Positions 1 through 9,400 of a stretch of 16,812 nt of DNA are shown here, one piece after another. Source of the stretch: Bdellovibrionota bacterium (GTDB lineage: Bacteria; Bdellovibrionota_C; UBA2361; JBIKUX01); assembly GCA_044347345.1 (NCBI GenBank), contig JBIKUX010000033.1:1-16812 (forward strand), in the 5' to 3' direction. A program made the position numbers and the translations under genes. Positions within the stretch are counted from its first letter, which is position 1. Each line of letters opens with the position of its first letter. The notes under the pieces were generated by a model, which saw only the letters and a program-made list of their open reading frames with translations, did not search any database and was not told the DNA's origin.

Positions 1-1
1 C

Positions 2-331
2 TACATCTACAAGATAAGCCAAGTCATCTGTAAATCCAGAATGGTATGATCTGAGAAATCTATTCGGCCTACCACTACAACCCCTCATATTCCACGCTAA
101 AACAGCATAATTATGGCTTACGCATACCGAAACAGCTTCAAGCACATATCTACTTCGCGCACTACCCTCTAGACCATGAGAAATGATAACTACTCCCTTT
201 GGATTACTAACGTCATACTGGTCAACATCGAGAAAGTCTCCATCTGCACAAATAAATGTACGCTCCACAGGAGCTACACACGAGCCACCACGATTAATGG
301 CACCTAAAAGTGTTTCTACATGGCCATACAT
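2..331 (-). CDS. YheT-family alpha/beta hydrolase, N-terminal part (runs off window start)
   Basis: Not in the ORF track; manual translation from ATG at 331 gives MYGHVETLLG...DGDFLDVD...VIISHGLEGS...WNMRGCSGRPN...SYHSGFTDDL. The HGLEGS, RGCSG and YHSGxTxD motifs are characteristic of YheT/ABHD1-3-like hydrolases. The frame is open to the window edge. Confidence 0.85.
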   Translation of the reverse strand, partial: MYGHVETLLGAINRGGSCVAPVERTFICADGDFLDVDQYDVSNPKGVVIISHGLEGSARSRYVLEAVSVCVSHNYAVLAWNMRGCSGRPNRFLRSYHSGFTDDLAYLVDV

Positions 332-354
332 AATTTATAAAGAGAGGCTAATAC

Positions 355-1521
355 TTAATCTTGTAATCCCTGATTCAAAAGATATAGAGCCTTATCAAAA
401 AGCTCCTCACCTCTGGCAAGAGCTGAAGCCTGCCAAGCTAAGTCACTAGGGCAAAACTTTTCTACAAGTTGGGCCTTTGACCAATGCAAAATATCTCGCC
501 CACCTGCATTATGATATCTATGCTCATTACGTAGAGCACGCAAAGCACTCACAGGATTGTAGGTACCAAACTCCTGAAGTATCCAAGCTACCTTACTATT
601 AGTTAATAATTTTGGAACTTCCTTTTGAAGATCTCCAGAAGTCTTAAACGCTACCCCCTGCGTGGGGTCATCATTAGCAAAAGTTTCATTGATTTTTACT
701 GCAATTCTTTTGGTCAATGGAGAATCAAGAGAATGGTTTATAAATAAAATATCCTTACCCCACTCACTTAAACCTGTATGAACCTCAATAACCACTACTT
801 CTTTACTAAAAACTAATTTTTCCTCTATAAACTGACGCAAAATAACCAAAGACTCTTGTAAATGAGAGCCTCCGTAATAAATTCCGTCAGCAAAGTCATA
901 TTGCCCCTGAGTTATAGCCTGCTTAAGATTAGCGAAACCATATCTCCCTATAGAAAAAAGAGCCTCTAAATAGAATGTATCAATACGTTCAGGGATACCC
1001 GACGGATTTAAAAAATTATAGTTTGATCTGTAAGCCTCAGGAGCACCCTGATATCCCTTATCGTCAACATAAAAATTTCGATTGAGATCAACGTTCTCTT
1101 CGTTAAACCGACGGGCATGAGCCATACCCCATGGATTTAATCCATGAATAAATACAATTGCTGTATCTTCTGGCAATTTATCTAATTTTGATGAAATGAT
1201 CTTTGACTGGATAGCACTACCGATGTACCCCTCAACCCCATGAGTACCGCTAATATGCACTAATACCTTGCTGGCTTTTGAGTCACCAAAATAGCCAAAG
1301 TCTACCGTTAAATCTTTACCGTTCGGACCTTCTGCACTAATGAGAAAGGTAGATATAAGGCCGTTTCTACTTTGTACAGCCTCACGAAATTTATCGCGTA
1401 AGATAAAATAGTCGACAGATATTCCATCAACACGCTTTGGCGTATTTGTCTCCCAATACACTAAAACAATTAGTGCAATAACCAACAAAATAACCAGAGC
1501 AAAAACCCATTTCATTTGCAA
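355..1521 (-). CDS. M14-family zinc metallopeptidase-like protein (DUF2817-like) with N-terminal membrane anchor or signal
   Basis: SGTHGVEG (HxxE zinc ligands), NPWG, RRFNEENVDLNRNF, HTG third ligand and QEFGT putative catalytic Glu; hydrophobic N-terminus WVFALVILLVIALIVLVYW. Confidence 0.8.
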   Translation of the reverse strand: MQMKWVFALVILLVIALIVLVYWETNTPKRVDGISVDYFILRDKFREAVQSRNGLISTFLISAEGPNGKDLTVDFGYFGDSKASKVLVHISGTHGVEGYIGSAIQSKIISSKLDKLPEDTAIVFIHGLNPWGMAHARRFNEENVDLNRNFYVDDKGYQGAPEAYRSNYNFLNPSGIPERIDTFYLEALFSIGRYGFANLKQAITQGQYDFADGIYYGGSHLQESLVILRQFIEEKLVFSKEVVVIEVHTGLSEWGKDILFINHSLDSPLTKRIAVKINETFANDDPTQGVAFKTSGDLQKEVPKLLTNSKVAWILQEFGTYNPVSALRALRNEHRYHNAGGRDILHWSKAQLVEKFCPSDLAWQASALARGEELFDKALYLLNQGLQD

Positions 1522-1530
1522 GTAGATTAT

Positions 1531-1950
1531 CTATGCATTCCGTTGAGTACGTAGAATATCCCTAATCTCTACAAGAAGCTCCTGATCCTTTGACAGAGAA
1601 GGTACCTGCGGTGTCTCAGCTTGTTCCTCACTGCGAGAACGGCTCAACCAAGAAAGAAATTTTTTCGTAAAAATAAAAAGAGCAAATGCTACTAATAAAA
1701 AATTAACTATCTCCCCAATAAAAAGCCCATAAGGTATGTCTTGTCCGTTGATAGTCAACTTCCAACCGGTGTAGCCTTGGTCTCCAGGTAGAATCACCCC
1801 AAGTAGAGGCATCACAATATTCTTGACGAAAGAATCTACAATTTTACCAAATGCGGCTCCAACTATTACCCCTACTGCTAAATCTACAACGTTTCCTTTA
1901 AAGGCAAATGCCTTAAACTCATCAAATAATGACTTTGCTGCTGCTTTCAT
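1531..1950 (-). CDS. mscL: Large-conductance mechanosensitive channel MscL
   Basis: EFKAFAFKGNVVDLAVGVIVGAAFGKIV TM1 signature, YGLFIGEIVNFLLVAF TM2 and C-terminal LLVEIRDIL helix. Confidence 0.97.
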   Translation of the reverse strand: MKAAAKSLFDEFKAFAFKGNVVDLAVGVIVGAAFGKIVDSFVKNIVMPLLGVILPGDQGYTGWKLTINGQDIPYGLFIGEIVNFLLVAFALFIFTKKFLSWLSRSRSEEQAETPQVPSLSKDQELLVEIRDILRTQRNA

Positions 1951-2047
1951 GAAGTTTACTTACTTTTAATACCAAGCTTTTTAATTTCCCAAGCAACTAT
2001 AAGCTACCTAGTAAAAATATCAATTATTCTCTAATGCGCTATTAAAT

Positions 2048-3565
2048 TTAACGACCTTGTCTGGAAATAGTGCCAAAAATACCGCGCGTAATTGCTCTTC
2101 CTATCTCAGACGAAATAGACCTAACTACAGAGCGAAAAACATTCTTTAGCGCCGATTCGAAGGAATCACTCAAGATATCCTTGATTTTACTCCTACTCTC
2201 CTCTGCTGGTTTAGGGACAGAATCATCATCTTTTGCAAGACTAACGTTATGCTTAGCAGCAAGAATTTCATAAGCTGAATTCCGATCAACTTCCTTCATA
2301 TACCGAGCAGTAAGAGGTGATGACTTTACTATATCACTTCGCTCTAATTCTGTTAGCGGTCCTATTCGAGATAGTGGCGGCTTAATTAAGACCTTTTGTG
2401 CTGGAGAAGGAACCCCTTCTTCATCAAGTAATGAGACAATAGCCTCTCCAACACCTAATGATTGTACAAGTTGTACTCCTTGTATCTCCTCAGCACCACG
2501 AATTGACTCGATAGCACTGCGAATCATTTTTTGCTCTTTTGGAGTATATCCCCTCAGTGCGTGCTGCACTCGATGCCCTAGCTGAGCCAGAATAGAATCT
2601 GGAATATCACTCGGACGCTGAGAAACAAAGTAAATTCCTACTCCTTTTGATCTTATCAACCTCACTACTGTCTCTATAGTATCAACAAGAGTGGATGATG
2701 CATCAGAAAACAAAAGATGGGCTTCATCGAAAAAAAATACTAATCTAGGAATAGGTAGATTACCTACTTCTGGAAGTTCTTCAAAAATCTCAGAAAGCAT
2801 CCATAAAAGAAAAGCCGCATAGCTCTGAGGACGAGTAACACTTTCTGTAGCTTTTACTACATTAACTACCCCCCTACCATCGGGTGCACGCTGAATAAGA
2901 TCAGAAATAAGGAGTGCTGGCTCTCCAAACACCTTATAGTCACCCGACGCTTGAGTAAATGTCAGTAATTTTCGTTGAATAGCGGCAAGCGATTGCACAG
3001 GGAAGGAGCCAAATTCTTTTTCAAGATTTTTTCCCTCATTTTGTGCCCATCGCAATACAGCAGAGAGATCTTTATCATCCAATAAAGGTAAACCTGATCT
3101 ATCAGCAGCCCGAAAAAGAATTGTTAATACTGAACACTGAGTCTCGTTAAGATCTAATATGCGCCCCAATAAAAGTGGGCCAAATTCTAACACTGTTGAG
3201 CGAAGTGGCACCTCTTGTCCCGACCCAATACGCCATAACATGGTCGGCACACCTCGGCCATTGAAAGCAGAGTTATCAATATCTGCGAGTCGCTTACTTA
3301 TTTTTTCACTAGCAACCCCAGAAACCGCAATTCCTGATAAATCACCTTTTATATCGGGAACAATAACCGGCACGCCCGCGTTAGAGAAAGATTCTGCAAG
3401 TAATTGCATCGTTACAGTCTTACCAGTTCCTGTAGCGCCAGTAATCAAGCCATGACGATTAGCTACTGCCAATGAAAAGCGCAAAGCTGAAGTAACCGAT
3501 CCTCCGTTAGGAGAAACTATACCCCCTAAAACAAAAGAATCTTTAACTACCTCTGAAGAACTCAT
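2048..3565 (-). CDS. DUF853/YjgR-like HerA-family P-loop ATPase
   Basis: NRHGLITGATGTGKT Walker A, DIKGDLSG, FFFDEAHLLF Walker B, RLIRSKGVG and QLGHRVQHALR. Start moved from the TTG at 3577 to the ATG at 3565, which gives an ATGA overlap with the upstream stop. Confidence 0.9.
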   Translation of the reverse strand: MSSSEVVKDSFVLGGIVSPNGGSVTSALRFSLAVANRHGLITGATGTGKTVTMQLLAESFSNAGVPVIVPDIKGDLSGIAVSGVASEKISKRLADIDNSAFNGRGVPTMLWRIGSGQEVPLRSTVLEFGPLLLGRILDLNETQCSVLTILFRAADRSGLPLLDDKDLSAVLRWAQNEGKNLEKEFGSFPVQSLAAIQRKLLTFTQASGDYKVFGEPALLISDLIQRAPDGRGVVNVVKATESVTRPQSYAAFLLWMLSEIFEELPEVGNLPIPRLVFFFDEAHLLFSDASSTLVDTIETVVRLIRSKGVGIYFVSQRPSDIPDSILAQLGHRVQHALRGYTPKEQKMIRSAIESIRGAEEIQGVQLVQSLGVGEAIVSLLDEEGVPSPAQKVLIKPPLSRIGPLTELERSDIVKSSPLTARYMKEVDRNSAYEILAAKHNVSLAKDDDSVPKPAEESRSKIKDILSDSFESALKNVFRSVVRSISSEIGRAITRGIFGTISRQGR

Positions 3566-4182
3566 TGAACCGCACAAAGTTTATTTTTACTTTCCTCAGA
3601 CTCAAGAGATTCATCGATTGGTAAACGCTGAGCTGTTGGAACAAAATATCGCCTATCGCGCTCCGATGTAATTACACCATCGCCCCAAGAATAGTTAATT
3701 TCAGAAGCATCAAAGGGATACCTACCCTCCTCGTTAGGGTCATAAGGCTGACTAGTTATGTAAAAAAGATGTGCCTCTAAAGTTTCCACCCGGCAACCGT
3801 GAAGCACTCCAGGAGGAATACGCACACAAGCTGAACGAACATTTTCAATTGAGCTCTCAGAAATACTCCCCATAAGTATCTCCATTTTAGCTCCGTAGGT
3901 AGGGCTCTCCTTTCGGAAATCTATCAAGACAGTTTTAATGACGCCAATCGGAACGTACCACCAATCGGTTTGCAAATGATGATAGTGCCACGCCTTAACG
4001 ACATCTTTCTCCATCTTGCTGTGACTCCACTGACCAAAAATGCCTCCTGAGAACACAGAATCATTGGAACGAAAGATCTCACGAAAAAACCCTCTATTAT
4101 CAGGATGCGATACTAAATCCTTAATCTCGACACCCTTAATATCTCCGTCAAAAATAAATACCTTATCGCTAGTCAGTGCCAT
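3562..4182 (-). CDS. dTDP-4-dehydrorhamnose 3,5-epimerase (RmlC)-like cupin protein
   Basis: IKGV...HPDNRGFFRE, VVKAWHYH, IDFRKESPTYG, IPPGVLHG and Y..SQPYDP. Start moved to ATG 4182 (MALTSD), which is preceded by AAGGAG. Confidence 0.85.
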   Translation of the reverse strand: MALTSDKVFIFDGDIKGVEIKDLVSHPDNRGFFREIFRSNDSVFSGGIFGQWSHSKMEKDVVKAWHYHHLQTDWWYVPIGVIKTVLIDFRKESPTYGAKMEILMGSISESSIENVRSACVRIPPGVLHGCRVETLEAHLFYITSQPYDPNEEGRYPFDASEINYSWGDGVITSERDRRYFVPTAQRLPIDESLESEESKNKLCAVQ

Positions 4183-5206
4183 CCCTTCTCCTTGCAGCCC
4201 GATTAAGTCGATCACGAATCGCTATGCCAATGCCTTCAGGGCGGCATAACTCAACAAATATTTTAGAGAGTTTTAAAGTATCAAGCTCACGAAGAACAGA
4301 GAAGAGAGACGCCGCGATTTCTTCAAAATTACCCGTAAGACTTAAAAATCTTACCTCCGCAAAACCAACTGGTACTAAGCTACTATCACTAGCGTTAATA
4401 ATAACGATAGCTTCATCTTTATTTTTTGGTTGGATTAACCCCTTGGTTAATTCTAAATTTTCAAATAAAAATAAAGGTGTCAGCGGAGCATAATGAAGAT
4501 GCGTCCAATCTCCTGGGGATGCAATCCTTCCAAATTTTTTAATAGCACTCTGATGCGGCTCTAAAACGGGTTCACCAAGAGCATCACTTAATTGCTGTGC
4601 CGTAATCACTCCTGGTCGTAATATATTTAACGAACCCTCCTCATTCTCTTTTCCAACAAGAGAAATAATTGTTGACTCTATTCCAACTTTACACGGTCCA
4701 CCATCAATTATAACAAGATCCGCATCATTTCCGTACTCAGCTTCAACATGCTCAGCCGTAGTCGGGCTCACATAAGTTGAGCGATTTGCACTTGGAGCAG
4801 CAATAGGAGCATCGACAATGTGAAGAAGCTGCTGTGCTACCGGATGAAGCGGAACTCTCACTGCCACAGTATCATGCCCACCTGAAGTAATACTAGGAAT
4901 ACACGGATGCTTAGGAAGAATTACCGTCAAAGGTCCAGGAATAAAGGAGGACAGAAGCTCTAAATACCTTCTATTCCGTTTTGAAACCAAAGCAACTGAA
5001 AAAATATGGTTAACACTTGCTACATGAACAATTAAGGGATTGGTGTGAGGTCTATTTTTACGAGTAAAAATCTTCTGTACACCAGTCTCGTTTAGAGCTA
5101 AAGCACCCATCCCGTATACTGTTTCAGTCGGAAACACAACCACATCATCTAATTTGAGACGAGTTGCAGCCATATTTAGCGATTCTGGTGTAGCTTTAAA
5201 AATCAT
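4169..5206 (-). CDS. sua5: L-threonylcarbamoyladenylate synthase, Sua5 (TsaC2) type
   Basis: FPTETVYG, KNRPHTNPLIVH, PGPLT, AVRVPLHP, AAPSANRS and GIEST in the YrdC domain, followed by the HYAP linker and a C-terminal Sua5 domain (LFSVLRELD...GIAIRDRLNRAA). Confidence 0.93.
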   Translation of the reverse strand: MIFKATPESLNMAATRLKLDDVVVFPTETVYGMGALALNETGVQKIFTRKNRPHTNPLIVHVASVNHIFSVALVSKRNRRYLELLSSFIPGPLTVILPKHPCIPSITSGGHDTVAVRVPLHPVAQQLLHIVDAPIAAPSANRSTYVSPTTAEHVEAEYGNDADLVIIDGGPCKVGIESTIISLVGKENEEGSLNILRPGVITAQQLSDALGEPVLEPHQSAIKKFGRIASPGDWTHLHYAPLTPLFLFENLELTKGLIQPKNKDEAIVIINASDSSLVPVGFAEVRFLSLTGNFEEIAASLFSVLRELDTLKLSKIFVELCRPEGIGIAIRDRLNRAARRRDGTD

Positions 5207-5235
5207 AAATTAACTATAAATTTAGTTAACAAATA

Positions 5236-5261
5236 CAAAGGGGAGCATAAGCTCCCCTTTG
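5236..5261 (-). terminator. Rho-independent terminator downstream of groEL
   Basis: Perfect 11-bp stem CAAAGGGGAGC-ataa-GCTCCCCTTTG, about 40 bp after the groEL stop, with a T-rich tail (TTTGTATTTGTT) on the minus strand. Confidence 0.85.
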
Positions 5262-5300
5262 CGTTAGTAATAATAAGTGAAACGGTAAAATGTAATACCC

Positions 5301-6959
<1,659 letters not shown>

Positions 6960-7019
6960 TTATTGATTAGTTTTTTTCAGACGTTTTTTCAGCTTTAAAA
7001 TAGGTTCAGCTCTAAAAAA

Positions 7020-7337
7020 CTAGCCCTGAACAACTCCAAGTACGTCATCTTCGCGCATAATAAGGTACTCAGTTCCATCAATCTTAATTTCTGTACCTGC
7101 ATACTTACCAAAAAGGATTTTCTCACCTACAGAAAGATCCAAAGGCTGAATTGCGCCATCGTCCCTGACTTTACCTTTACCTACAGCTATTACTCGACCT
7201 TGCTGAGGCTTTTCCTTCGCGCTGTCGGGAATATAAAGTCCTGATGAGGTTTTTTCTTCGCTTTCGAGGCGTTGAACTATGATTCGGTCCTGAAGCGGGC
7301 GAATCTTCGAAGCGGAGGCAGAATCATTACTGCTCAT
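7020..7337 (-). CDS. groES: Co-chaperonin GroES (Cpn10)
   Basis: [36 protein letters not shown] and LIMREDD; GGAG upstream of the ATG; adjacent to groEL. Confidence 0.99.
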   Translation of the reverse strand: MSSNDSASASKIRPLQDRIIVQRLESEEKTSSGLYIPDSAKEKPQQGRVIAVGKGKVRDDGAIQPLDLSVGEKILFGKYAGTEIKIDGTEYLIMREDDVLGVVQG

Positions 7338-7736
7338 ACGTCTTTTTCTCCAATATAATAAATATATATATTTTAATAGTTGCTTTCGTTTTAACCACCC
7401 GTCACTAAATTCTAACGAAATGGTATCTTTACTTTCGCCTGAGTATTTTTAAGACCAACACAGGTTCTTTACCGGTACAGGCAGGCTAGCTAACTAAAGT
7501 CAAAAAGCGACTGCATAATGAGCCAATCTTTTTTTTAACGCAATTGGTTTTCAATACAACCACTACATTATAGTCAACTAAACCTTCGTTTTTCACTAAA
7601 CCAAGTACATAGTAAAGAAACTAATGATTAGTCTAATAAAGACCTGACCTGTCGTAGTCTATACTTTTATCTCTTTCATTTTATCTGTTACAGCTCAAAT
7701 ATCTTTTCGCCGGATGCCAACCCTATACTGCTAGCC

Positions 7737-7804
7737 AACTCTGTATTAAACTCTGTATTAAACTCTGTATTGAACACAATTTGTGTAAAACACAATCTGC
7801 GTTA
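7737..7804. repeat. Tandem repeats: 3 x 12 bp followed by 2 x 16 bp
   Basis: AACTCTGTATTA, AACTCTGTATTA and AACTCTGTATTG (7737-7772), then AACACAATTTGTGTAA and AACACAATCTGCGTTA (7773-7804). Confidence 0.9.
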
Positions 7805-7834
7805 CCGAGTTCTACAAGCTATCAAGTTTTAAAA

Positions 7835-7860
7835 TTAGCCTCACTTTAAGTTAAGGCTAA
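7835..7860. promoter_or_regulatory. Inverted repeat resembling a degenerate CIRCE (HrcA operator)
   Basis: TTAGCCT-cactttaagtta-AGGCTAA. The outer TTAGC/GCTAA match CIRCE (TTAGCACTC-N9-GAGTGCTAA), but the inner bases and length (26 vs 27 bp) differ. Confidence 0.35.
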
Positions 7861-7935
7861 CTTTTGGTTTAATGACATTTGAAGTAACTGCTCAAATAAG
7901 AGAGATTCAACCAATACCCAACCGAATGCGCTTTG

Positions 7936-7972
7936 TGTATGAGCATAGAAAAATAGAATTTCAAGGGCGAGG
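7936..7972 (-). promoter_or_regulatory. Putative sigma32 (RpoH)-type heat-shock promoter facing groES
   Basis: Minus strand CCTCGCCCTTGAA-N15-GCTCATACA against the E. coli consensus TNTCNCCCTTGAA-N13-15-CCCCATNTA: 10/11 defined bases match at -35 and 5/8 at -10. Confidence 0.55.
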
Positions 7973-8012
7973 TTACATTTTTTTTCTTATTGAGGGGTCG
8001 CTAACCGTTTTC

Positions 8013-8042
8013 TTGTAGAAGCCCTTCCGGTTAGGGTACACT
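8013..8042 (+). promoter_or_regulatory. Possible sigma70-type promoter for the plus-strand gene block
   Basis: TTGTAG-N18-TACACT ending 19 bp before the ATG at 8062. Confidence 0.3.
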
Positions 8043-8061
8043 AATTATTGATTCATCATTT

Positions 8062-9366
8062 ATGCAAGCTAAGGATTCTAATTTCATTCATTCCCCCGTC
8101 TTTCTGACTAAGAAGTCGTCTCCATCTTTTTCCAATAGCGGAAATAGCAAGATAGCTGAATTATCTGAACTTCTTGAAGAAGGTGTTCGCGACGGAGTTT
8201 TCCCGGGCGCAGTAGCTCTTATAGCTTCCGGAGAGTCTCTGGTATTTTTTGAAGCTAAGGGCCTTAGGCGGCACTCAGTGGGAATTTCGCAGGTATCATC
8301 ATTTTCAGGTGCAGCAAAAACGGAGAGAACAAGCAATCCTTCTCTCCTTCCAATGAATACAGACACAATTTTTGATGTGGCTGCTCTCACCGCAGGTGTA
8401 GTTACAACAACTATTTTAATGCGTTTAATCGATACAGAGCGCGTTTCACTCGATGAACGAGTGTCGCGATATTTAGATGGGTTTGGGGTATTGGGTAAAT
8501 CACCAATCACCCTCCGTCACTTACTCAGTCATACTGCTGGCTTACCAAGCTGGTACCCTTTTTTTGAAGAACTACTTCGTGATAACGCAGCGTCACGATT
8601 AGGTATTTTAACGACTAAAGGTGCTCACGATTACGTAATTACCACAATTTGTCGTTCACCGATAAGAGGCGATATTGGATCTAAAAGTCAGTACAGCGAT
8701 GTCGGAATGATTGTACTTGGTGCTCTCATTGAAAATCTTACAGCTTTATCTCTTGATAGGGCATTCTATAAATTTGTCGCTAAACCATTAGGCTTAAAGA
8801 ATTCCAGCTTTATAGACCTGAGTGAAGTTAGACGTGGCACTATAACACCGTACACAGACATAATAGCGCCAACCGAAGAGTGTTCATGGCGTAAGCGTGT
8901 TTTATGCGGTGAAGTACACGATGACAATGCTTGGATGATGGGAGGTATTGCAGGTCACAGTGGTCTATTCACTTCAGCTAAGGACTTACACATAATAGCC
9001 AGGGAACTAAGACGAGCGCTTAGAGGAGAATCCTCCTTTTTATCAGCTAACATAGCTAATGCATTTTTAGCGCCTGGTAACATTAATACTAACCCTTCTA
9101 CGGGAGCTTCGTCGAATGGCTTCAAGATTAAATTAGGTTGGGATAGCCCATCTCGCGAAAATGGATTAAATCAAGTAAGTATGAGCGAAAAATCCTTTGG
9201 CTATAATGGATTTACTGGCTGTGCGTTGTGGATAGATCCAGAAAAAAATTGCGATATAATTCTTCTTACAAATAGAATCTTTCCAACTCGTTTAAATAAA
9301 AAAATATCAGCTTTTAGAGCAGCTTTTGTTCAAAGTGCTCTAAAAATAGTTGAAGATAAATCTTGA
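8062..9366 (+). CDS. Beta-lactamase-fold (class C/AmiE-like) serine hydrolase homolog, predicted catalytically inactive
   Basis: [57 protein letters not shown] and LLTNR fit the family, but the SxxK site reads FDVAALTA. Confidence 0.88.
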   Translation: MQAKDSNFIHSPVFLTKKSSPSFSNSGNSKIAELSELLEEGVRDGVFPGAVALIASGESLVFFEAKGLRRHSVGISQVSSFSGAAKTERTSNPSLLPMNTDTIFDVAALTAGVVTTTILMRLIDTERVSLDERVSRYLDGFGVLGKSPITLRHLLSHTAGLPSWYPFFEELLRDNAASRLGILTTKGAHDYVITTICRSPIRGDIGSKSQYSDVGMIVLGALIENLTALSLDRAFYKFVAKPLGLKNSSFIDLSEVRRGTITPYTDIIAPTEECSWRKRVLCGEVHDDNAWMMGGIAGHSGLFTSAKDLHIIARELRRALRGESSFLSANIANAFLAPGNINTNPSTGASSNGFKIKLGWDSPSRENGLNQVSMSEKSFGYNGFTGCALWIDPEKNCDIILLTNRIFPTRLNKKISAFRAAFVQSALKIVEDKS

Positions 9367-9400
9367 TGTTCTTAAAAAAAGAATCGGCGAAAAGAAAAAT

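Noticed and set aside
183-449. 88-aa plus-strand ORF
   Set aside because: Antisense to two recognisable minus-strand genes (YheT-like and M14 peptidase) and has no motifs.
2048-3565. HerA-type anti-phage defence system
   Set aside because: Motifs match the widespread DUF853/YjgR family, and no Sir2, NurA or nuclease partner is adjacent.
2070-4493. Plus-strand ORFs at 2070, 3159, 4040 and 4176
   Set aside because: Antisense shadows of the ATPase, RmlC-like and sua5 genes; Ser-rich with no recognisable motifs.
7737-7804. Possible CRISPR array
   Set aside because: Units are 12-16 bp, directly abutting, with no spacers and no cas genes.
9350-9400. TTG-initiated N-terminal extension of RF1
   Set aside because: RF1 similarity begins at MAIWDKL (ATG 9401) and the extension overlaps the upstream gene. 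The longer starts listed for fabF (15320), the RmlC-like gene (4215) and the ATPase (3577) were rejected on similar grounds.
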